Below, one piece after another: positions 48,640 to 60,768 of a stretch of 64,000 bases of DNA; within the stretch, counting starts at the first letter, position 1; each line of letters opens with the position of its first letter. The translations under genes were made by a program, and so were the position numbers. The DNA is taken from the NCBI GenBank assembly GCA_976226885.1, contig OZ320315.1, forward strand, positions 96,906,001-96,970,000. The letters are read 5' to 3'. Below the pieces are notes generated by a model. It saw only the letters and a program-made list of their open reading frames with translations. It had not been told where the DNA came from and did no database searches. This stretch comes from Iphione sp. A-MEVVRFRX5. Lineage: Eukaryota.

Positions 48640-51330
48640 GATGTTCTACAACAGAGTTTGGCAAAGAAAATAAACTGTTTATCAGAATACCTCTATACCG
48701 AAGGTGTGGACATTTGTGGTATAACTGAGAGCTGGCTGACAAGTAGCCACTTGGATAGTTGTATAGATATTCCTGGCTACAGTGCAGTCAGAGCAGACAG
48801 AAGTCAGCTGAATAAGGCCAAAGGTGGTGGATTAATAGTTTACTACAGGTCGTGCTATAAGCTCATTGACAGTAGGGTGCTAACAATTGATGGTTCAAAA
48901 ACTGAAATCCTAGGGTTAAAACTAAAAGCAGGGGTAAGGCGCCTGATAGAACTGCTCTGTGTATATAGACTGCTGGGGGACAAGATATCTGACTCAGTGT
49001 TGGCTATTGACTATGCCATGAAGGAATTCTTAAAACTAAGGACTACCACTACTCTGACAGTAACAAGGCAGGGCTGGCAATAGCTAACTACTTACATGGG
49101 AGAGGGCTAAGACAGACAGTGACAACGTCAACGATGATTGAAACAGATAGGTGCCTGGACCACCTGTGGGTGAACTTCGATGAGCATAAAGGATCTGAGG
49201 TAGGATTGCTACACTTGAGCGATCATCTTCCAGTGTCTGTCACAATGAAGAAGGGTAGGAACTTTCATAGATCGGAAACCCACAAATACAGGAATTGGGG
49301 GAAGGTAGATGTGGCAGACTTATGCGATAGCCTAGAATCGAATAGGGTTGGAGTTATGGAAGGTGATCATGTAGTTAGGTGGAAAGAATTTGAAAACAGG
49401 CTAAAGGAAGAGTTGGAAGTGTCATGTCCAGAAAAGTGTAGGACGGTGAGGCAAGATAGAAACAACTTTAAGCCTAGTGCAGGGTTAAATAGCCTTCGCA
49501 AAGTCAGAGTATTATTTTATAAAATGGAAAAGAGAAGGGAATGTAGATGATTTAAGAATTTATAAATATCTAGATAAGGAAGTGAAAAAGTTCTGGTGGC
49601 AGAGTAGGATAAGTGATGCAGAAGGGGACACTAAGAAAACTTGGAGGATTCTTAATGAAGCGACAGGTAGAATAGGTACCGGTGACATCTTGCCAAGTAC
49701 TGGGACTAACATTGAAGGAAATCAGGAACTGGCTAACTCCTTCAATGACTTCTTCATTGGTGCAGTAAACAAATTGGTGTTGGACCGTACATTTGAACAT
49801 GACAATGAAAATTGTGAGGTAGAGCATCATTTGGAGCTTCCTGTTCCCGAACCCAAGGAGGTGGTTGCCTTAGTAAACAAACTAAAGCCAACTAAACTGT
49901 CTGGTATTAAAGGTGTACCAACCAAAATCCTGAAACCGGTCCTTGTCAAGTTCCATGCATTTCTACCTGGGTGCTAGTTAGATGTGTACTGTCTGGCTCC
50001 TTCCCTGATATGTGGAAAATTGGTAAAGTAACTCCTGTACACAAGCGAGGTAGTAAAGAGGACATTGCAAATTATCGTCCAATCCCTATACTACCGCTGC
50101 CTGGTAAAATTCTGGAGGCATGGGCGATGGGTAAGTTGGTGCTGTGTGAGTCAAGGAGTCTCCTAAACATGGCTCAACATGGTTTCAGGCAACTAAGATC
50201 AACTGAAACTGCCATCATGACCATAATAGGTGAAGCCCAGGAGTACTGCAATCAGAGATTGTATACCACAGTGTTAATGTTTGATTACAAAAAGGCCTTT
50301 GATGTAATTCCTCACAACAAAATAATATCAGAATTGGCTAAATTTGGAGTAGGCCCTAACACAAGGTGTTTCTTTAGCAGTTATCTGTCTGATAGGCAAC
50401 AAAATGTAAAATGTAGAGATGCAGTCTCTAGAGTGGTCCCGGTGACACATGGCATACCCCAGGGTTCGATCATTGGACCCAGCACATTCATCCTTGTAAT
50501 AAATGATATTACTCGTCACCTACCATCTTTCTGTAAACCTGTCTTGTATGCTGATGACTTGACGGTAATTGTTCGGTCAAAAGATCTGCAACTTCTGAGA
50601 TCTCGATGCTTACAGGTGATACAGGCCATCTTAGATTGGAGTCATAGGGCAGGACTCGTACTGAGCACAAGTAAGTGCTCATATCTGCAGTGGGGAGAGC
50701 GGCAGGAATAGAACTAGAGTTAAAAATAGGTAGTGAGCCTCTGCTTTTGGTATCCACTTGTACATTACTTGGCTATTACGTAGACAGTCAGCTGATGTGT
50801 AGCCAAACAATCAAGGCCCTCAAGAGAAAGTTGTGGTTGGCATCTCTGAATATCGGCAGGGCCAAGCATTTGCTACCTGTATCAGCCAAAAAACAACTGT
50901 TCACGTCTCTAGTACTTGCCCATGTCAACTACCATGCTGTAATGTTATATACGATCAGCGCATCGCAAAGAGTACGTCTCCAATTGTTCCTACACAAATG
51001 CGCAAGAGTCTGCTTCCAGGTAAAAGACTATCTTCCCGCTCGGATATTACATGAGAAATTTGGTGTGCCAAGACTGGAAAGAACGATAGCTATTAGAGGA
51101 ATGCAGTGTACCCACAGACTAATGTTGTTAGGTCTCATATCCTCCAAATCCAAGACTGTGACCAGACTTGGTCAGACACTATGTGGAGCAGTAAGCAACC
51201 CACGACTGCCATGTGTGCTAAATCGCTCCGCTATAGAGGAACTATCAAATGGAATGCCCTGCCACTTGAAATCAAGTTAAGTAGAAAGGTGCCTGATAGC
51301 TTGTGTGCTGAGCTATAATAATGTGATGTG
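48640..51330 (+). pseudogene. LINE ORF2 (AP endonuclease + RT), frameshifted
   Basis: ICGITESWL, KGGGL, CLDHLW..SDHLP, YRPIPILP, QHGFR..STETA, FDYKKAFD, GIPQGSIIGP, LYADD. Confidence 0.95.
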
Positions 51331-51981
51331 AACAAGGTAAACAGATGAAGTGGTCCTAACTCTTAAACTCTATTACTAAGATATGTGCGCTGATATTTGA
51401 TGTCCTTCTACCACCAGTAGCATATTTGGTTGTATATATGTGGCTTGTGTAATGTGATGGCGTAAGTAACCATGAAAAGTGTGTGTAACTTGTTCCATAC
51501 CCATGTTCTGTGTATGAATGAATTGGTAAAATGTGGATACTGTAGAAACTGCATGGTTCCATATTAGTCTGAAAGCTGTATCTTGATTCTTCTTGATTTG
51601 ATCAATTTGTAAGCATTGCATGTTCTCTCCAACTATCATATGTTCAAACCATGTTCAATAATGATGTTATTTACTTTCGATACTGCCCAATTTATCTTGT
51701 GTTATGTAGTTACAATAATTGCTGCTGAAAGCTCTGTATACATGTGCGGAGATCTCAATAAACAATCTCAATCTCAATCAATCTCAACTTTAGTGAGTAG
51801 ATTAAGCTCAATTTCAAAATTTGGCATGTCCATGATGGTGGTCAGGTACAGACTGGGTTAAGGACCATTAGTGTTTGTACTTCTTGGTCATTCAAATAAG
51901 TGGTTGATTTCTCATTGGTTTCTCGTTTATTTGATTTGATCTGAAAAAGGAGGTTAACATCACATTCAATGCTGCAATTCA

Positions 51982-52940
51982 TCACAGTTGAACAATAACC
52001 TTCTTGCCATCCTTGATAATAGAAACAATTTTTACATTTCTTGGAATGATTACTGTGAAGGTCTCATCATTGATCAACTCAGCAAGTTTAATTTTCCTTT
52101 CCATATCAGATTCTGAAATTAGTGTTGGTGATGGAACAGCTGTTGACATCTGGGAACGACAGACTGACATGGAATAGAATCAGTCACAGCAATTGAAAAA
52201 CGAGCGTACAGAGTGAGATGGTACAGAATTGGGAAGACATTGGGAAGACATGTATTTGAAGGTTGGTGTCGGGGGCTGGAGATAATCACTGATTCTTCTC
52301 TCCAGATCAAGGGAGGGGCGTTTATACAGTCTCACTGCATTTAATTTGTGTGCGCTTCGTGAGGTACATGTAATTGCTTGCTCACCAAAATTCTGTTCAT
52401 ACAGGGTGGTGCAGCAGGTTACCTTGCCTGAATGTCCTGTGATATTTCTCCCCTCGGTTTGCATTCATGTACCCTAACAGCTTATTGATGCCTAAATGCT
52501 GCACACTGAATAAAATGTTACAAGTCCAGCCGTTACTACTAGTCCAGCCGTTTTATTGGTGAGACTCAGAAATAATTAATTTTGAGTTGAAATGCCTAAG
52601 AGAATAACTTATCCTATGAAACCATTGAAAAATTACCTACCTGGGGGATAATCTGTCCCATCTTGCTTCCTTAGCTCCATGGTAAATCTTCATAGCCAGT
52701 AATCGAGTAGGTTGAGCCCGTTGGTTTCCAAGGGTGGAATGGGCTATTTCAGATCACGTCGTTTTGTATCTGCAATTTCTCCAGGTTCTCCATTCACAAA
52801 ATAGCCATGTACCCATTGGGATTACAGTTCTGCATTTTTCAGCACACACTGGGAAAATGACACTTGGAACTGTTCCTTGGATTGGATTGGAGCAAATGTC
52901 CCATCAAAAGTATCCGATTGTACCTTTGAGAATGGGAGGC
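51982..52940 (-). mobile_element. Crypton-like DUF3504 YR gene, copy C7 (internally deleted; same subfamily as C6)
   Basis: GTFAPIQSKEQF; LLDYWL*RFTMELRKQDGTDYPP | GTAGGT donor at 52640; EGRNITGHSGKVTCCTTLYEQNF..AVRLYKRPS. Confidence 0.88.
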
Positions 52941-53299
52941 ATATTATTCTCTCTCAATCATCCCCTTGCATCTTAATGTCGAAATTGGCTATATTTTTAA
53001 AACTTTTTCTTTCCACTGGATATTGGTACATTAGCACGTAGTTCCAGCATTTTACGATTCATTAATGCTCTTGATAAAACCTCATTAGTCAATAGAATCA
53101 TTTCTTCCTATTTGATATTCATTTGGTTTCCTTTAACAGACAATTAACCTGGATGAAGATGATATAGATATTAAGTTACTGTAAAAAATGACGTCCACAC
53201 CTGTATAACTTACTATTTGGGTATTTACAATATAGTCCAACCGAAGCACCCTGTCCTGTAGCTCAAGCTAAGTGTGTTGTCGGAGTATACCCTGATAAT

Positions 53300-54880
53300 A
53301 CTAGAATTTTGCACTCAGTGAATGGCTCTCAGTGGCAATGCCACTGGAGGGGTCCCGACATGAATACTTATTTCACCTACCAGCGGCATGGCCACTTGGT
53401 ATTCACTCCGGTACCCAGTTATCATAGAGAAAACAAAAAGCAGCTATATTTCAACCCTGTCAACCAGGGGGACTCATAAACCTCAGCAGCATAACTACTG
53501 GAGAGCTTCACTACCCACACAACATCATCTTAGGGGATCTTAGATGACATTTTCTATGCTGCACCGTGTTTCTCAACGTACTTCCGAAATTTATTCATAT
53601 CCAGGTTGGTAACATACAATATATAGTCGTAGTTACACTGCTTATTACTACTTTACAACCCGGGCATAGCAGCATCTGTATCATATGTATCAGCAGTTGA
53701 CTATGACAGCCACATCATCAGCATACATTACAGTATGTGCATCCAGATATCTTGGGAGTGAGTTAATGAAAACCAAAAACATCAATGGCCCATGGATCGA
53801 GCCCTGTAGGACACCGCATTGGACCAGCTTAGCCTTAGATTGGCTTTTATTACACACAACATATTGCTTTGTTATTCAGGTATTTCTGGAACCAAGCTAA
53901 GATTTGAGTCGAAATATTGCACTCTTTTAATCTCTCTAATAAGACATGATTCACCGAGTCAAAGGCTTTCCTGAAATCTACGAATATACCAGTCATCCTT
54001 CGCCCTTTATTTAGATTGACATATGTATAGTTTAAGAGATCAGTTATAGCTGACTCGGTGGATCTGCCAGGTAGAAAACCATACTGCTGGCTAGCCAGCC
54101 ATGAGTGAAAGAGCAAGTAGCTCAACATGGCCCTATGCACCAGCTTTTCTTGAAACTTCCCTATTACACTCGGAAAACTAATTCGTCTGTAGTTAGTTAC
54201 AGCACTCATATTTCCCCCTTTTATCTAATGGGAAAACCTGTGCGGTCTTCCAGTCAGTAGGAATAAATCCCCCATCAAAGCTCTCATTGAACATTTTACT
54301 GAAGAATTTAATATTCTGTTTTACCGCCTCCTTGATTATCAACATCGGTACACTTCCTACTCTCGATGCTTTGGAATTCTTACATGTCATTAAAAGATTT
54401 CCTCAGGACTGCAAAAGGCCTTATTGATTCTTGGCACCTTCTACTAGCTATCTTACCCTTCCAAGATTTCTAGATTTTATTGAAACAGTGTTATCACCTG
54501 CTTGCAATGCTTATTCGAACATGCTTCTAGAACTACTTAAGAACTAATCCTGTGGATTTATATGCTTGGTTCCTTGTTTTAATGCAGGTAGAGCCAATTC
54601 CCCCATGACACTTCGAAAACTGTTCCATTAATTGTCCTCCCTGGTACTTGACGTCTTGTAATGTTCATGATTAGGCTTGGACAGCACTATTGTTGTGGCT
54701 GAGCCAGCTCTCATAATTCTCCTCACAGAGCTGCAATGTGATCATGTTCTTAAACAACATTGGAGAAAAATAGTCACATCTCTGAAAATAGTCCATCCTT
54801 CTGTTCTTAAACATCCAGTCCTTTGCTTGGGCGGTTGTTGCGCCACCTTCTAGGATACACACGTAGAAGTTTACCACGTA
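53300..54880 (-). mobile_element. Decayed LINE RT fragment
   Basis: IPTDWKTAQVFPLDK, NYRRISF, QYGFLPGRSTESA, FVDFRKAFDSVNH, GVLQGSIHGP. Confidence 0.85.
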
Positions 54881-54899
54881 GAAGTTACCATATCCCTGC

Positions 54900-55700
54900 T
54901 AGACTTGGGGACCCCTACATCAAAAATGATACCATGATCCAAATGTGACAGGAAGTATGCATTGAAGGCCAAAATTTGTGCCTCTTTAGTGAGATATGGT
55001 CTGGCACATCTCAGCAAGGAGAGAGAGAGCTGTTTAACCTTCTAAGCTTCTTCTCAATCATCTGTTTGAAAGACATTCGATCATCCAACTCATAACCAAG
55101 AAAGTTAAGTCCTGACCTTGGTTATTGCTGTGTCATTTATCCGAAGATCAAGATTAAAACCCAGAGCCTGACCTAGGGTCATGTTTCTTGTCTTTCTTTC
55201 ATTTAACAGGAAGCCATTGGTACTACACCAACTGGCAATCCTGTCCGGTGTGTACTGTACCTTTCTTGATGGGGCTGCAAGTATAGACCATCACATTTGC
55301 ATACAGTGTCAGTCTACTTGGAAATTCTACATCAGTGATGTCATTCAGGACCATTAAGAAGAGCTAGGGCCCAGGAATCGAGTCCTGGCGAACCCCAGTA
55401 GTCGTTGATTTGAAACAACTAATACTTCTATATATCCATGTCCGCAGTCAAGCAAAGAATGGGATAATTTCATTCACACTTGAATTTACATGCATATTCT
55501 AAAACTGTGGTTGGTTATTGTGTTAATTGAATGCTTGGGAATCATGCTTTAAGTGAGATACAAAAGCTCTTGTATGGTTGTATGCGAATAATGGTGCTGG
55601 CAATAGAGGATACATCTTATGAGTATTTGTAGCCAGGCTGTGCACTTCTTCAACATTAAGTCTGTGGAATTGTTTTGACTAATTTTCGCTAGTGTATTAC
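54900..55700 (-). mobile_element. Second decayed LINE RT fragment
   Basis: TGVRQDSIPGP*LFLMVLNDI..LTLYANV (GVPQGS/YADD remnants) and RPYLTKEAQILAFNAYFLSHLDHG (thumb region). Confidence 0.7.
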
Positions 55701-56079
55701 ATGTTTGCATAGCTGTACCTTCTTAACCGAAGGGCATATATATTATCACTTAAGGATCCTGCCCGTTTATAGTAGTTGTTGCTCTGAATGTACATCTGTC
55801 TGTAACACCCCAACCTTATTTGACTCACTGGCAGTTTCCCCTTCCTTTATGTTTGAAGAGATTCTTTTATCAACACTAGCATTCTTCGCCAGAGCGATTT
55901 CATTTGTTTTTCACTGTACTGACTTTCCCAAACCGATATGGCCAGGGTCCTCGGGTTCTGGAATCTGTAAGGTCCTGATCTGCGTACTGCTTCTTTTGTT
56001 GGATGTAATCTGGTCCTCGCGTCCCCCCTTACTCCTTATTCGAGTCCATTATTCATTTCTTTTCTAATCATATGCCTAC

Positions 56080-56700
56080 TAGGAGGTCCACTTGGGTAAT
56101 AAAAAATTTTCTAAATACTTTTGTGCAACGTTATTAATTTCGCAATTTTCCTTTAGTATTTACCAAACAAAATTCCCATAGTCGATTATAGGCAGTAACA
56201 TTGTTCTCACCAAACAAAAGAGCGCTGTAGAGTCATCTCCTTTCTAATCAACTTGAAAAATCTTAATTTGTTATAGCCCTTGTGTAATTGTTCTCTTAGA
56301 AAGCTATTCCAGTTCAAGTCTGATTAACTCAAAACGCCCAGGTATTTAAAGGTAGAGACCCATTCTAGTTCCCGACCTGCTAGGTACAGGGGAAATCGAT
56401 ATGTTATGTAAATGGCTTGTTTTTTTAAAATTTACCAGATTTTGACCAGTCACACAATTTGTCAAAGTTTTATTGCATTTTTCCCGTAGTTGAACAATAT
56501 TGTCATCAGCCACTATTAACGCAACATGATCGTTTTACGGCCTCTGGTAAATTATTTATAAAGATCAGGAACAGTAGGGGGCCAATAATTGACCCCTTGG
56601 GGACTCCGCATTCAATTTTTACCGTTTTGCTCTTTCAAGATTCAAGATTGTTTTATTGCCTTCTCCATATATGGCGATACAGAGTGATCATTGGAAAATA
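56080..56700 (-). mobile_element. Third decayed LINE RT fragment
   Basis: CGVPKGSIIGP/LFLIFINNLP, ADD, ELEWVSTFKYLGV..SDLNW. Confidence 0.8.
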
Positions 56701-57310
56701 TAACAGAACAAACATCTAGTGCATTGTAGAGAAAGAAAATAAAGTGAAGACGGCATGCGTTATATGGCAGTGGATGTGTGCTAACACTATTACAGTATTA
56801 CAATTTATATTACAAAATGACAATACCACCAGTTCCTTCTATGAAATTAGTTCATAGGTTCCATTAAACAGTAATGCCACTCCCAGGTAGTGTATCCCAC
56901 CGCACTCCCTGCCCCGCACACCAAAAGGATTGCTGCATTTAAGTTAATGCCCACACAGTTCATTATTCCAGGTTAATGTATGTCTTATGCTAGCATCAGT
57001 CAAAAGTATCACAGGTGTACTACAAAAATCATTATCACAGTTGGCTTCCTTGGATATAATCATCTCTTGGTTTACAACTAATGTTGCAACAAGACATAGG
57101 GGGTGATACTCCCTACAGTTGACTGTTTAGAGCATGACGTCACTAACTAGACCTGTCACTGACCATGCTAGTGTAGTGTTAGTGTAGGAAAAGTTGGGGT
57201 GAACCATGCCCCAAGCAGCCCACAGTGGCACTGTTCTTATGTCATACCCAGACTCGTAGTCATGTCCTCCTCTTGGCTGTATCTAGCTGCTACACTATAC
57301 CATGGTCTTA

Positions 57311-59962
57311 TCATGCAAGGTCAACCCTTACTTTGGGCATTGCCCTCAGCATTGGAACTTTCAGACTCCTCTTTACTTCCAAGGACAGGTCATTCCAGCG
57401 CAAGGCGCCATGGTATCCCAGTGATTTTCTGAACAGTACGGTTTTTGGTCTGGACAGTCTTACCCTCACCTCTCCCCCCTTCTTGTTTTTGTCCCAGCAT
57501 CCATTGACCATGTATTGACTGTAGTCCCCTCTCAGCAACTAAGCTTTCCACCCATGGAATATCGAGCTTGCTCTGAAGCCTGCATGCAGAAAGGAATTTG
57601 CCACATTGTATCGATGCCCTCGCACATCTGTTTAGATGTACCTGTAACTGGATCATCTCAGATGTGCCCAGTGTGTATAGGGCAGGGAGATTATGCTGCA
57701 GGTGAGGGAGTACAAGTGACGTAAAGAGCTGCACTCTCTTAGCCAGTGGGAAAAACCTCTTCACCCTGGACAGTTTCCTTGATGCCATCCACATCCTTTG
57801 GATCACCAGCTTGATTGTGTCCCTACAGCCTAACTTGTCCTCAATGTAGTACCAGAGGATTTTGATGGACCTTACATCGACCAGCGGACATTTGTTTAGA
57901 GTCAGATCCAATGGGACGCCTGCAGCTTTCCCTAGCATAGCATACATATATTTTTTCTCACTCCACACAAACTGGTTCTCAGAACACCAGGTCCAGACTG
58001 CCTCTATGACCCTCATAGCCTTCCCCCGTAGCTGCAGCAAGTCTCTCCCCCACACTATGACTGTCAGATCGTCAGCATAGATGACTGGCAAGGCTGTAGT
58101 GCATAGACAGCTGATAATCCCATTCATAACACATATAAAGGCACTTGGCCCGAATACTGATCCCTGTGGAACTCCTCTTGACAACTGCATGATGTCTGAG
58201 CATTCTCCCCCCCACATTTCACAAACTGACCTCTCTGGCTTAGATAGCTTTTCGCTAGTGCGCAAGTGCGCAGATCTAGGCCGAATTTTGCCAGACTCTA
58301 CTATGCTACTATAAAGCACCAGGTTGAAGGCTTTCTTGAGGTCAAATGTTATGAGACAGCAACATAGCCCCTGATTGATAAGTTCGTGTGCTTCACATAG
58401 CAGCTTCACGAATGCAGTCTCTGTCCCATGGCCCTCTCTAAAGCAATGTTGTGCCTCACTTAATTTACCCTCCTTTTCCAGATACTCCATGACTGCCTAT
58501 GTAAACCATTTCTCACATATTTTGCTGGGGAGTGGGAGGATCGAGACAGGCCTATAGTTTCCTAATTCGTCCTTATTTCCCTTCTTATTGACCGGAGTTA
58601 CCCTAGCTATTTTCCAAGCTTCAGGGAAACATCCTGTCTTGAGGATCTTCGAAAAGATCCAGGCCAGGAAATCAGCCATTCTCAGCATTAACGGTTTTAA
58701 TACCACAGTTGGGACAACCTCGAAACCCAGATTGTTTCCTTGACCTTGCTAATCAGCTCAGCAACATGCTGTGGTGAGGGCGGCATTATCTCATGCCTTC
58801 CCACTATTCCCTTTGTGTCCTGAGTCACCAGACTTGATCTACTAGCCAACCTGTCTACCTCCCAGACAAAAAAGTTATTGAATGCATCTGGTCGGCCTAG
58901 CCCTGTTTCTGCCTCTATTATCTCCTTTTTGGGTAGGATTTCCCGATCATTCCCCCTTCTCAATAGGGCATTCACTATTTCCCAATGTTTGGCCTGATCA
59001 TTACTGGCTGACTTCACCCTCCCACTCCAGAACAAGCGCTTCTCCTCGTTGATGGCTTTTTCAAATTTCTTATCAAGAAATTTGAAAATGTTTTTACTGT
59101 CCTCACAGCTGCTGTTCTTCCACTTTTTGAAGTAGTATGTGCGATCCCTCCCGAAGCCCAGCTGAGATTCTGAAACCATCCTCCTTAACCTTAACTTTGC
59201 GCATCCTTAGTGGACACATATCTTCTATGCTCGACCTCACTGTCCCAATGAAGGCTGACCAGGCTTCATGATTCCCAGTCATGTCCATCCCCCCACCCTG
59301 CTCCACCCTGCGTAGTACTTCCTCAACATCCGCATCTCCCGAATTCCGACATTGGTACTCTTTTTTCACTAGCTTGGGTGCCCCCTTTTTAATTACTAGA
59401 GACACTGGCAGATGATCACTTATAAACAGTCATGTGAATCCCCCACAGAGCATCCCCTAGCATTTACCTATATTTGGTCCAAGATGTGGTCATTGTTCTT
59501 CATAGTTCACAGACCATCTGCGTCATCCCTTTACCTACCAACAAATTCCTCTGGGGGCCTGTAGACACACAGAATATCTAGTGGCCTTCGTTGGCCATAC
59601 TTAAGGGAGACACCCAAGAACTCACAAGCACTGCCCTCCTCCTTTATCTTTACGCGGCCTAATTCCCTGTACTCCTCCATGTGATGTAAGACAAGTCCAC
59701 CACCCCGCTTTTTGTTTTCCACCAATCTGTCAGCTCTGATTGATGTGTACCCATGGACAGCTAACTCGCGGTCAGCAAATGACTCATTTAACCACGTCTC
59801 CGTAATGCACATAATGTTGATGTTGCATCCACACATTTCCCCCACCCTGTCCACCTTTCTACCCAGACTTCTGACGTTCCATGTCCCCACCCGGAGTCCC
59901 GGCATAATGGTGAGAATTTCATCCACTATCGCACAGTGCAGCCCCTGACTTCCCACTATCAC
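57311..59962 (-). mobile_element. CR1/L2-like LINE ORF2 (APE-RT), frameshifted; same family as 48640-51330
   Basis: VGTWNVRSL, CITETWL, RADR..KKRGGGL, YRPVSILPLPSK, FDLKKAF, GVPQGSVFGP, IYADD. Confidence 0.95.
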
Positions 59963-60768
59963 CCTTGGTACCCTTCAAGCTATAATAGACTGCTAGGATA
60001 CGTAAACTACTTAACCCCGCTGCTTATAGGTGTGCAATTAGTGTGGCCAAAACTGATCGATAAGTTGGATGATCAGGTTGATCTATAATTCACTAAATAA
60101 GTCAGATAAATTGTCTAATATGTGTAGTTTAATGGAAAATTGGATAAATCGTTACATAAAAAATTGATCAATCATCATTTGGGTGAACATTCAGCTAAAT
60201 TTGCTTAGTATGTACCAGGATAAATAGTTACATAAATAGTTGGATAAATAGTTCGATAGATAATTGGTGCATAGCTGGGTGCTCTCCGGAAAAAGTTTAA
60301 CGTTTGGGATGGTAATAGTGACTTAACCCCCTCTCTCCCAATCCCGAGTTTTTTTGGTTTTTTTTATTCATGTATTTTACCTGGCGTTTATTGGCGTCAG
60401 GATATAACTACATCAGATACATTTCCTGCGGTTTTGTACTATATACAACAACTATAGACAATACTTACAATAGATATACACTATGTACAGTTATATACAT
60501 ATGTACAAGTCATGGATGATGATGGTGAGTAGCTAGAAACATCAGTGTAGTCAGTTATTGAACTAATAACTTATTTCGTAGTGAATGTGGTCATACTTCT
60601 AATGTACCCATAAGTTCTCCTTCGAGATCTTGTTCAACAGGTGTTTTTTTATCTCATTTTTAAATTGTGGCTTAGGAATAACCTTTATTGGATTGGATAG
60701 TTTATTCCATTCAGATTTTGTTTGGTATAGAGGACATTTGGTATATAAAACAGTATTTGGACATTTGG

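Larger units (their letters stand above)
45054..51787 (+). mobile_element. CR1/L2-like LINE with ORF1-NADAR, separate SGNH-esterase ORF and APE-RT ORF2 (decayed)
   Basis: Four co-oriented coding blocks in LINE order, ending in AATAAA plus an (ATCTCA)n tail at 51757-51787. That they form one element is inferred from order and orientation. Confidence 0.7.

Noticed and set aside
48640-59962. Composite transposon or inversion bounded by inverted LINE copies
   Set aside because: The two ORF2 copies are strongly diverged at protein level, and Crypton copies inside (C7) and outside (C6) the pair share one orientation; independent insertions explain it.
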